Assembly (NCBI GenBank): GCA_963815115.1
Contig: CAWFFN010000005.1
Location: forward strand, 1,600,001-1,664,000
Source: an uncultured delta proteobacterium
Lineage (GTDB): Bacteria; Desulfobacterota; Binatia; DP-6
Direction of reading: 5' to 3'
DNA: 64,000 bases
Numbering within the stretch: position 1 is the first letter of the stretch; each line of letters starts with the position of its first letter. Below are positions 38,025-46,574 of the stretch, piece by piece. The translations under genes were made by a program, and so were the position numbers. The notes beneath the pieces are model-generated. The model was not told the origin of the DNA. It did no database searches and saw only the letters and a program-made list of their open reading frames with translations.

Positions 38025-39355
38025 CTCCCACCCGGGCCGAGCATGGCGCACGGCCCATCCGCCGGGTCGCCCTCCTGCCGTGGGGCGACGTGATCGAGGA
38101 CTTTCTCGCTGGACTCGGGATGACGTTCTCCCAGTTCTGCGAGGAGATGACCGGGGGCTGGCTCTTCGGATACGTCGAAGCGCTGCGGCGCGCGCGCATC
38201 GAGGCGGTGATCGTCTGCGTATCGTCCGAGGTGGATGTCGTGACCCGTCGGACGCACCGGCCGACGGGTGCGCCGGTCTGCGTCCTGCCCGCACCGGCCG
38301 CCTACCGGAGGCTCCGGCGACACATGCGCGATCCCCTCGCCACGACTGCCGACGAGACGTTCGGACGGCTGCGCGTCCCGCTGCTTGCGTCCGCCTTGAA
38401 GGACGTCGCCTCGTATCTCGCGACCCCTCCGCGGCTCCTCGCGCGCGCGCTGCGCAGCGAGGGCTGCGAGGGGATCCTCTGCCAGGAGTACGAGTATCCT
38501 CGGTTCGACGTGTGCGTATCGGTCGGCCGGCTGGTCGGGTGCCCGGTCTTCGGGGTGTTCCAGGGCGGCAGCTTCCAGGTGAGCCGCCTCGAGCGTGTCG
38601 TGCGCCCGCTGGCCGTACGCGGCGCACGGGGCCTCGTCATCGGCGCCGCGGAGGAGACCGCGCGCGTCCGCGTCCGCTACGGGAGCCAGACCCCGATCGC
38701 CCGGATCGGCAATCCGCTCGATCTCGATCTCTGGCACGCCGGGGATCGCGCCGCCGCGCGGGCCGCGCTGGGGATCCCCGCAGCGGCTCGCGTGGTGGCC
38801 TGGCACGGTCGCGTCGACGTTCGCCGGAAGGGCCTCGACGTCCTCCTCGATGCCTGGCAGCGGCTGTCCGGCGAACGGCCGGAACGCGACCTCCGCCTGA
38901 TCCTCGTTGGCTCGGGGCACGACGCCGACCGCTTCCGCAGCCTGCTCGACGGGCGGGGGCCGCGCGCGGTCCACTGGCACGACGCCTACGTGCGTGATCC
39001 GTCCCTGATCCGGTGTCATCTCTCCGCCGCGGACGTCTACGTCCTGCCCTCGCGGCACGAGGGCTTCCCGGTTGCGCTGCTCGAGGCGATGGCGTGCCGG
39101 CTCCCGGTGGTCGCGACGGCGGTGGCCGGCGTCGCCGACATCCTCGGCGACGAGGCCGGCTCGGCTGGCCTCGTCGTTCCTCCCGAGCGATCGGACGCAC
39201 TCGCCGCGGCGCTGGGACGCTTCGTGGATGACGATGCGCTGGCACGGGCGGCCGGGGAGCGCGCGCGGCGGCGGGTCGAGCAGGAGTTCTCTCTGGACGT
39301 CGTCGGAGCGCGCCTGGGCGCCCTGCTGGACTCAGGGAGTCCGGGCCCGAGGTAG
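38021..39355 (+). CDS. Glycosyltransferase family 4
   Basis: WHGR..RKGLD and ADVYVLPSRHEGFPVALLEAMA (EX7E motif). Confidence 0.92.
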   Translation: MTPTRAEHGARPIRRVALLPWGDVIEDFLAGLGMTFSQFCEEMTGGWLFGYVEALRRARIEAVIVCVSSEVDVVTRRTHRPTGAPVCVLPAPAAYRRLRRHMRDPLATTADETFGRLRVPLLASALKDVASYLATPPRLLARALRSEGCEGILCQEYEYPRFDVCVSVGRLVGCPVFGVFQGGSFQVSRLERVVRPLAVRGARGLVIGAAEETARVRVRYGSQTPIARIGNPLDLDLWHAGDRAAARAALGIPAAARVVAWHGRVDVRRKGLDVLLDAWQRLSGERPERDLRLILVGSGHDADRFRSLLDGRGPRAVHWHDAYVRDPSLIRCHLSAADVYVLPSRHEGFPVALLEAMACRLPVVATAVAGVADILGDEAGSAGLVVPPERSDALAAALGRFVDDDALARAAGERARRRVEQEFSLDVVGARLGALLDSGSPGPR

Positions 39356-40825
39356 CTCCTGCGAGCCGTCCCGCCCGGTCTGGGGGTCGTCGAAGCGCAA
39401 GATGCGGATGCCGGGAAACCGGGCCACCTCCGCGCCGGCGCCCCGGGCTGCGATCGCCCGGTCGAGGTAGCCGGCGGGATCGTCCTCCCAGTCGCGGCTG
39501 AGGACGAGCCACCTCCCGGAGCCGGTCAGCGTCGCGAGGACCGTGTCCGCATCCGCGACGCTCTGCACCGGGTGGACCGGGAGCGGCTCCAGGCGCGGAG
39601 GAGCGTCGTAGTGCTCGAGCCCCTCGATCACGTAGTGGGCGCTCACCGTCACCGGGGCTCCGGCGCTCACGTGCTCGCGGAGATAGCGGGCTGCTCCACG
39701 GAGATCCTCGCGCGCGTAACGGGCGTCGAAACGATCGCGGCCGATCGAGAGCGCGGCGAGAAGGACGAGACCCGAGAGGCAGGTGATGCCATACCAGCGT
39801 GGGGCGCGGGCGAGGCCGGCCGCGGCCAGCAAGACGAAGGCAGGGAACGTTCCGAAGAGGTAGCGGACGTTGTACGCACCGTCCTTCAGCCAGGCGCCGC
39901 CGAAGGTCACCAGCGCCGGCACGAGGATCCAGAGCACGAGGTACAGCCCCCACTCGCCGAGCGACGGCAGCGCGCGTACGGCGGCCCAGGCGAGGGCCCC
40001 CCCGATCAGCAGGACGGCCGCGAAGTCTGGCCAGTAGGCTGCTGCGATCGTCGCGAGTCCCCGCTCTCGATGCAGGGTCTCGACCGGCGGTCCGAGGCCG
40101 AAGCCGCCGACGAAGGTGAACGCGGTGTACGGAACCGCGAGCCATTCGAAGGCGCGCTGGTGGCCGACGGCGGCCACCTCCCGGCCGAGCAGCCCGAAGG
40201 CGAGGGCGGCCACCGCGAGGAGAGCTCCCGCGGCGATCGCGAGCCGGCGGAGCGTGAGGCGATCGCCAAATCGCCGGAGAACGACGAACGCGGCCTGCGC
40301 CAGCACGATCGCACCGTAGAGGTAGTGGGTCAGGAGGCCGATTACCGTGACCAGAGCGTAGCCGATCCACGCGCCCGGACCGCCGTCGCGCAGCGCCCGC
40401 ACGAACAGCCACGATCCCGTCACGCTGCACGCAGCCACCAGCGCGTACATGCGGCCCTCGCGCGAGTACCACACGTGCAACGGCGCGGTCGCGAGAATGA
40501 ACGCGCCGAGCACCGCCGTGCGGCGGTCGGCGACCGCGCACCCGAGGGCGAGCAGCGCCGCCACCGTGCCGATGCCCGCGACGGCGGACACCAGGCGTCC
40601 GTTCACATCCGAATCCCGGAAGCGATCCAGCGCCTTCAAGAGGAGGCCGTAGAGCGGCGGATGTCCGTCCTGGACCGAGAGGAGAACCGGAAGAGGCCAG
40701 TGCGCGGAGTCAGCGCTGTAGATCTCGTCGGTCCACAAGCTCTGGTCGTCGAGACCGGGGAGGCGAAGGGCCGCCGCGAGCAGCAGGATCGCGACGCTGG
40801 CACCGATCAGACAGGTCCGCGTCAC
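39332..40825 (-). CDS. GT-C fold glycosyltransferase (GT39/PMT-like)
   Basis: SLWTDE, HPPLY, YSREGRMY, THY and YNVRY, with many TM helices. GTG start inferred. Confidence 0.85.
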   Translation of the reverse strand: MTRTCLIGASVAILLLAAALRLPGLDDQSLWTDEIYSADSAHWPLPVLLSVQDGHPPLYGLLLKALDRFRDSDVNGRLVSAVAGIGTVAALLALGCAVADRRTAVLGAFILATAPLHVWYSREGRMYALVAACSVTGSWLFVRALRDGGPGAWIGYALVTVIGLLTHYLYGAIVLAQAAFVVLRRFGDRLTLRRLAIAAGALLAVAALAFGLLGREVAAVGHQRAFEWLAVPYTAFTFVGGFGLGPPVETLHRERGLATIAAAYWPDFAAVLLIGGALAWAAVRALPSLGEWGLYLVLWILVPALVTFGGAWLKDGAYNVRYLFGTFPAFVLLAAAGLARAPRWYGITCLSGLVLLAALSIGRDRFDARYAREDLRGAARYLREHVSAGAPVTVSAHYVIEGLEHYDAPPRLEPLPVHPVQSVADADTVLATLTGSGRWLVLSRDWEDDPAGYLDRAIAARGAGAEVARFPGIRILRFDDPQTGRDGSQELPRARTP

Positions 40826-40945
40826 CCCCGCGAGTCTAGCGCGAAGGGCCGCGCGCGTGCGACCGGGCGCCGTCCGGTTCGCCCGCGCGAACGCCGCCAC
40901 GCGGACGCGCACGGCATGGTCGAGCTTCGGGCGACCCTGGGCGAC

Positions 40946-41968
40946 CTACGTGGCGTCGTGGGACGACGGCACGTCGCCGGTGCACGTCGCGTTCCGCGTC
41001 GAGCGGGGCTCGGGCGCGGCGGTCGTGGCGGCGGTCGGTCCCCGTCGCTGAGGCGCCGGGTCGAGGACGGATCGCACGCGCGGGCGGATCCGGTGCCCGC
41101 CGCTGTAGACGTTGAAGCGGCGGTCGCGCACGAAGCCGAGCAGCGTCAGGTTGGCGTGGCGCGCGAGATCCGCCGCCAGGCTCGACGGGGCTCCGACGGC
41201 CGCGAGCATCGGGATGCCGGCGACGATCGCCTTCTGCACCAGCTCGTAGCCCGCGCGTCCGCTGACGAAGATCAAGCGGTCCGACAGCGGGACCGTGCCT
41301 GCGAGGAGCTGCCCGCCGACCAGCTTGTCGACCGCATTGTGGCGGCCGACGTCCTCGTGCACGTCGATCAGTCGGCCGTCGCCGTCGAACAGCGCCGCCG
41401 CATGCAGCCCGCCGGTCCGGTCGAACACCGCCTGCGCCCTGCGCAGGCGTTCCGGCAATTCGTGGACGAGAGAGGGCGGGGCCGCGAAGCCGTCGGGCAG
41501 GTGCAGGTGGCCCGTCGCCGGGAGGGCGTCGAGCGATGCCTTCCCGCACAGCCCGCAGCTCGAGCTGGTCAGGAAGCTCCGGGTCACGAGCCGCTCGTCG
41601 ACCGGGATGCTGGACGCGAGCTCCACGCGTACGATGTTGCGCACGCCGAGCGGGCCCGCCGGCGGGCCGCAGCTCTCGGCCCGTACGATGTCCTCGCGCC
41701 GGCGCACGACACCCTCGGCGAAGAGGAATCCGACGGCCAGCTCGACGTCGCGGCCGGGCGTGCGCATGGTCACCGTGATGCTGCGCCGGGTCCGCTCGGC
41801 GCCGGCCCCGTAGCCGAGCCGGATCTCGAGCGGCTCCTCGACGGCGAGCACATCACATCCGCTTGACGACGTGCTCCCGGCGATGCGCTGGACGACGACC
41901 TCGGTCAGGCCCTGCTCGGCGGGCGCTGATGGGCGAGCGGCGACCAGGCTTGACGGCTCGAAGCTCAT
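40946..41968 (-). CDS. fdhD: Formate dehydrogenase accessory sulfurtransferase
   Basis: AVEEPLEI, TMRTPG.D.ELAVGFL, SSCGLCG, TGGLHAAA, EDVGRHNAVDK and GAPSSLA. Confidence 0.93.
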   Translation of the reverse strand: MSFEPSSLVAARPSAPAEQGLTEVVVQRIAGSTSSSGCDVLAVEEPLEIRLGYGAGAERTRRSITVTMRTPGRDVELAVGFLFAEGVVRRREDIVRAESCGPPAGPLGVRNIVRVELASSIPVDERLVTRSFLTSSSCGLCGKASLDALPATGHLHLPDGFAAPPSLVHELPERLRRAQAVFDRTGGLHAAALFDGDGRLIDVHEDVGRHNAVDKLVGGQLLAGTVPLSDRLIFVSGRAGYELVQKAIVAGIPMLAAVGAPSSLAADLARHANLTLLGFVRDRRFNVYSGGHRIRPRVRSVLDPAPQRRGPTAATTAAPEPRSTRNATCTGDVPSSHDAT

Positions 41969-42447
41969 CTCTTCGTCCCCTTGTGTACGCGCGACAGGTT
42001 CCAGCCGATCGCGACGAGAAGACCGTTCGCCGCTGCCAGTCCCCGCCGGAAGTCCTTGCTGAAGAACGTGCCGAGAAGCGCCAAGAGGCCCGGCGGCCGC
42101 GCGTCCTCGGCCCGGGTCTGCGCGAGTGCCGCCGGTATCGCACGGGTGAAATCGGCGACCACCGCGGGGTCGAGGCTGCCGAACGCCTGCGCCAGCAGGA
42201 CCAGGTTGCGCAGTCCGCGGGTCGCTTCCGGCGTGTCGGCCGCCTTGGCGGCGATCTCGACGAGGGCGTCCCGGGAGCCGAGGGCGCCGCGCAGGATGTC
42301 GAGGACCCCCTGGTCGTGCAGCCCGCGCAGGACCTCGTATGCCGCCAGGACCGCCTCGGCGTGCTCGATCGGCGCGGCGGCGAGGCGCGCTGCGAGCTCC
42401 GCGCGCTCGTCGCGAGGAGGCAGCTCGAGCCGAATCGGGTGGGCCAT
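41965..42447 (-). CDS. DUF1641 protein (YjgD/YrhD, ForE-like FDH partner)
   Basis: MAHPI..., L..LHD.G.LD and amphipathic C-terminus 'PPGLLALL..DFRRGL'; lies between the FDH alpha gene and fdhD. Confidence 0.75.
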   Translation of the reverse strand: MAHPIRLELPPRDERAELAARLAAAPIEHAEAVLAAYEVLRGLHDQGVLDILRGALGSRDALVEIAAKAADTPEATRGLRNLVLLAQAFGSLDPAVVADFTRAIPAALAQTRAEDARPPGLLALLGTFFSKDFRRGLAAANGLLVAIGWNLSRVHKGTKR

Positions 42448-42453
42448 GGTCCC

Positions 42454-45363
42454 TCAGGCCGGGGGCCGGTAGTCGGCGCGCTGCCACTTGCGCTCGACCT
42501 CGACTCCCCGCTGCGGCGTCGGGTGTCCGAAGCGATGGTTCACGCGAGGCAGCGGACTCTCCCCGATCTCGGGCAGCACGCGCATCGCCACGACGGCCTC
42601 CTTGTATGCCGGTGTGTGCGTGACCGGATCGGTGTGGCTTCCGGTCAGCCGGTTGACGGGATTCTCGGTCGAGTTCATCGGCATGTACATGTCCCTGCCG
42701 TGGACCCGGTCCGTGACCAGCGCGCGAACCCGCACCTGGCCATAGCGCGAGGTCAGCTGTACCCAGGTCCCGTCCTCGATCCCGCGCTCGGCCGCCAGCT
42801 CCGGCGACACCTCCACGAACGTGTCCGGTGTCCTGGTGCGGATCCCCGCGCTTCGGTAGGTGAGGTTGCCCTCGTGGAAATGCTCGAGGAGGCGGCCGTT
42901 GTTGAGCCGGAGATCGAACTCGGCATCGGGCTGCTCGACGGGTTCCGTCCAGGCCACCGGGAAGAGCCTGGCCTTGCCGTCCGGGAAGGCGAACCCCTTC
43001 GTGTAGTGCAGCGGCTGGTCGGTGCCGTCCGCGGCGACAGGCCATTGCAGCGAACGGTATCCCTCCAGCCGCTCGTAGCTGACGCCGGCGAACATCGGGG
43101 TGAGCGCCGCGATCTCGCGCATGATCTCCGCGGGGTGATCGTAGTGCCAGCGCGCGCCGAGACGCCGTGCGAGATCCTGGAGGATCTCCCAGTCCGGCCG
43201 GCTGCCCTGGAGCGGCTCGAAGACACGGTAGAGGCGCTGGATCCGCCGCTCGGTGCTGGTGAACGTCCCTTCCTTCTCGAGGCTCGGGCAGGCGGGCAGG
43301 ACGACGTCGGCATAGCGGCAGGTCTCGCTGAAGAAGATGTCCTGTACGACGAAGAAGTCGAGCTTCGCCAGGGCGGCGTCGACGTAGTTCGCGTTCGAGT
43401 CGACGATGCCGAATTCCTCGCCGAGGAGATACAGGGCTCGGAGCCCGCCCCGGTGGATCGCGTCCACCATCTCGTGGTTGTCCAGCCCCTTGGTGGTGGG
43501 CAGCGCAACCTGCCACGCCCCCTCGAACCGTGCCCGGACCTGGGGGTCGCCGACCGGCTGGTAGCCGGGGAGCGTGTTGGGCATGGAGCCGTTGTCGCTC
43601 GTGCCCTGGACGTTGTTGTGTCCGCGGAGCGGATACGCGCCCGTGCCCGGCCGCATGTAGTTGCCGGTGAGGAGGAGGAGGTTCGAGATGGCCGTCGACG
43701 TATCGGAGCCGTTGATCTGCTGGGTGACGCCCATGGCCCAGAGAATGCAGACGCGCTCCGCTTCGGCGATCATGTGCGCGACCTGCTCGAGGGTATCGAC
43801 CGGCACGCCACAGATCCGCGCGGCCGCCTCCATCGAGAACGGCTCGAGGCTGCTGCGGTACGCATCCAGCCCGTGCACCCACTTCTGCAGGAACTCCGTA
43901 TTGGCCAGGTCGTTGTCGAGCAGATAGCGGCTGACCGCCGACAGCCAGACGAGATCGGTGGCCGTGTTGGTGCGCAGGAACACGTCGGCCCGCCGCGCCA
44001 TCTCGTGCTCTCGTCGATCCGAGACGATCAGCTTCTGGCCGCGGAGCTTGTGGGCGCGCTTCACCCGCGTCGCCAGCACCGGGTGACTCTCGGCGGTGTT
44101 GCTGCCGATGATGACCACGAGCGCGGCCTGCTCGATGTCGGCGATCGAGCCGGAATCGCCACCATGGCCGACCGTGCGAAACAGCCCCGTGGTCGCGGGC
44201 GCCTGGCAGTAGCGCGAGCAGTTGTCGATGTTGTTCGTGCCGACCACGGCGCGCGCCAGCTTCTGCATCAGGTAGCTCTCCTCGTTGGTACACTTCGAGG
44301 AGGCGATCAAGCCGATCGCGTCGGGACCGTGGGCCGCCTTCACGTCGCTCAGCCGGCGTGCCACCAGGTCGAGCGCTTCATCCCAGGTGGCGGAGCGAAA
44401 GCGGTCGCCCTCACGGATGAGCGGCTTCGTCAGCCGGTCGCTGCTGTTGACGTAGTCCCAGGCGAACTTTCCCTTCACGCAGGTGGAGATGCCGTTGGCC
44501 GGACCTTCCGCCGGCTCGACCTTCAGGATGTGGCGGTCCTTGGTCCAGACGTCGAAGGTGCAGCCGACGCCGCAGTAGGTGCAGACCGTCTTCGTGCGCC
44601 GGATGCGTGCCTCGCGCATCGCCGCCTCGGCTTCCGAGACCCGCAGGATCGGCCCGTATCCGGTCTCGGGCTCGACGGCCTTGACCACGTCGATCATGCC
44701 GTTCAACGCGGACGTCGGCAGCGCCGTCAAGAAGCCCGCGTGCCCGAGCATCGTCGTCTCCATCAGCGCGTTGCACGGGCACACGGTGACGCAGTGGCCG
44801 CACGAGACGCAGCTCGACTCGCCGATCGGGGCGCCGCCGTCCCACAGCACGCGCGGGTGGGGATCTTCCCAGCGGATCGACAGCGTCTCGTTCACCTGCA
44901 CGTTCTGGCACGCCTCGACGCAGCGCCCGCAGAGAATGCACTGGCTCGGGTCGTAGCGATAGAACGGATTGGAGTGATCGACCGGGTATGGCTTCGGCAG
45001 GAAGGGAATTCGCTGGTTCTCGACGCCCAGCAGCGTGGTGGTGTCGTGGACGAGGCAATTCCCGTTGTTGTTGTCACACACCGTGCAGTAGAGCTGGTGG
45101 TTGCCGAGGATGCGGTCGAACGCCGCGCGCTGCGCATGCCTCGCTGCCACGGACGTGGTCGACACCACCATGGCGTTCGTGGCCTCCACCGCGCACGCTC
45201 GCAGCAGCGCGCCGTCGACCTCCACCATGCAGGTGTCGCAGGTCTGTATGGGGCCGAGCTGCGGGTGATAGCAGACCTGCGGAACCTCGAGGCCGAAGCG
45301 GTTCAGCAGGTCGATGAGGCGCTCGCCCGGCGCTGCCTCGTGGAGCTTCCCGTCCACGATCAC
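42454..45363 (-). CDS. fdhF: Formate dehydrogenase alpha subunit (YjgC/YrhE, ForC-like) with N-terminal Fe-S domains
   Basis: CDTC..C, H..YCTVCD, CILCGRC, CVSCGHC..CP, CTYCGVGC, active-site NCSRYCQ and PLRGHNNVQG. GTG start at 45363 inferred from an upstream G-rich RBS. Confidence 0.93.
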   Translation of the reverse strand: MIVDGKLHEAAPGERLIDLLNRFGLEVPQVCYHPQLGPIQTCDTCMVEVDGALLRACAVEATNAMVVSTTSVAARHAQRAAFDRILGNHQLYCTVCDNNNGNCLVHDTTTLLGVENQRIPFLPKPYPVDHSNPFYRYDPSQCILCGRCVEACQNVQVNETLSIRWEDPHPRVLWDGGAPIGESSCVSCGHCVTVCPCNALMETTMLGHAGFLTALPTSALNGMIDVVKAVEPETGYGPILRVSEAEAAMREARIRRTKTVCTYCGVGCTFDVWTKDRHILKVEPAEGPANGISTCVKGKFAWDYVNSSDRLTKPLIREGDRFRSATWDEALDLVARRLSDVKAAHGPDAIGLIASSKCTNEESYLMQKLARAVVGTNNIDNCSRYCQAPATTGLFRTVGHGGDSGSIADIEQAALVVIIGSNTAESHPVLATRVKRAHKLRGQKLIVSDRREHEMARRADVFLRTNTATDLVWLSAVSRYLLDNDLANTEFLQKWVHGLDAYRSSLEPFSMEAAARICGVPVDTLEQVAHMIAEAERVCILWAMGVTQQINGSDTSTAISNLLLLTGNYMRPGTGAYPLRGHNNVQGTSDNGSMPNTLPGYQPVGDPQVRARFEGAWQVALPTTKGLDNHEMVDAIHRGGLRALYLLGEEFGIVDSNANYVDAALAKLDFFVVQDIFFSETCRYADVVLPACPSLEKEGTFTSTERRIQRLYRVFEPLQGSRPDWEILQDLARRLGARWHYDHPAEIMREIAALTPMFAGVSYERLEGYRSLQWPVAADGTDQPLHYTKGFAFPDGKARLFPVAWTEPVEQPDAEFDLRLNNGRLLEHFHEGNLTYRSAGIRTRTPDTFVEVSPELAAERGIEDGTWVQLTSRYGQVRVRALVTDRVHGRDMYMPMNSTENPVNRLTGSHTDPVTHTPAYKEAVVAMRVLPEIGESPLPRVNHRFGHPTPQRGVEVERKWQRADYRPPA

Positions 45364-45486
45364 GTTCGTATCGAATCCCCCCCTTCGGGGTTGGTCAATA
45401 GCACACGGCGCCGGCTCCGTGGCGAGACCGGCTCGCGGCGATACCGCTCGAGTTCCCGCTGGGGTGAACCTCACACCGGTCCGTTG

Positions 45487-45503
45487 TGCATCATCCGGGC
45501 CAA
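45487..45503 (-). promoter_or_regulatory. Candidate sigma54 promoter of the fdh operon
   Basis: Minus-strand TTGGCCCGGATGATGCA fits GG-N10-GC, about 125 nt upstream of the FDH start. Confidence 0.5.
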
Positions 45504-45646
45504 CGACCCGATCGGGCTGGCTGCCGATCCGACGCCATCGCGTCCGAATTGTCATTGACGCCGGGAAGGAAACAGGAATCCCTCGGAAGACTGAGTGACA
45601 GCCGCGATTGCCTCGACCGGACGTCGTCTCGACGGGGAGGGAACCG

Positions 45647-46072
45647 ATGAGGGCAAGGCTCGCAGCGCTGGTCGTCGTACTGGGCTCTGGCGGGATGGTT
45701 GCGTTCCCGACGTCCGGCTGGAGCGCGGACCCGTCGGACCAGGGCCGAACGTCGTCCGTGCCGGTCGCTCGGGAATACTCGGTGCTCGGCGCAGCGAGAG
45801 ACTCGCTCTTCGGCGATCCCTACGTCGATCCCGAACGGTGGCAGCCGCTGTCTCTCAGCACCTTCCTGAGCGAGGGGTGGGACGAGCCCTGGATCAATCC
45901 GCCGAAGGGCGGGGGCGGTGCCCCGAGGCAGAGCTGGCTCAACGCCTTCAACGGCGTCTTCTATCGCCTCTTCAGCTTCACGTTCGACTGGGCGCACGAT
46001 GGGGGCGACGACAACGAACCTGAGCCAGCTGACGGACAAACGGGGAGCCAGATCTCCATGGGAACCGGGTAG
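45647..46072 (+). pseudogene. 5' remnant of a secreted/outer-membrane protein
   Basis: GGGAGG RBS, signal peptide and conserved-looking 'FLSEGWDEPW..GAPRQSWLNAFNGVFYR'. Ends after about 140 aa, overlapping a convergent truncated ORF. Confidence 0.5.
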
Positions 46073-46460
46073 CGGGTCTCGCGATCGATGTCCGGGATGA
46101 CGAGCGGCCGCTGCGTCTGCCAGGCCGTGCCGGAGGGCGACTCGGCGACGGGTAGCACCGTCGGCGGGGCGACGGGATGCTTGACCGCCGCGGTCGTGTG
46201 CAGTCGCATGACGTCACCGACCGGATCGTGCAACACCATCACCATCTCGTTGAAGTGTGCCTCGCGGCTGAGGGCTGCGACGAGCTGGTGGAGCAGGCTC
46301 TCGAGGTCGCGGCACGAGGCGGTTGCCCAGGTGACCCCGAGCAGCGCCTGTGCGAGCTCCGCGGGCACGGCCGTGCCTGGACGGCGCGCACCGGTCGCGG
46401 TCCCCTCGGCCGGCCTGATCTGTGGCGCGGACAGGTCCTCCTCCCCATCTCCCGTGTAGA
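45961..46460 (-). pseudogene. Truncated GAF domain resembling the N-terminus of FhlA-type sigma54 activators
   Basis: DLESLLHQL..LHDPVGDVMRLH..LPVAESPSGTAWQTQRPLVIPDIDRETRYP, after which the GAF-like sequence stops; no AAA+ domain follows. Confidence 0.55.
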
Positions 46461-46574
46461 CCCCCTCCCCGGCGAGGTAAACGCGGAAAGTGCCTTCAGG
46501 CGTTACATTTAATCGAACTCTCCGCCCCGGAAAGCCTCCCATTCCGCGGTTCCTTTGCGTTACATTCCGGGTCG

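Noticed and set aside
40946-41085. Extra ~45-aa C-terminal tail on FdhD as a new domain
   Set aside because: Low-complexity Pro/Thr/Ala/Arg tail, more likely stop-codon drift or an indel than a domain.
42454-45363. Selenocysteine-containing FDH
   Set aside because: The frame is open with Cys (TGC) at the Mo-ligand position; there is no in-frame TGA.
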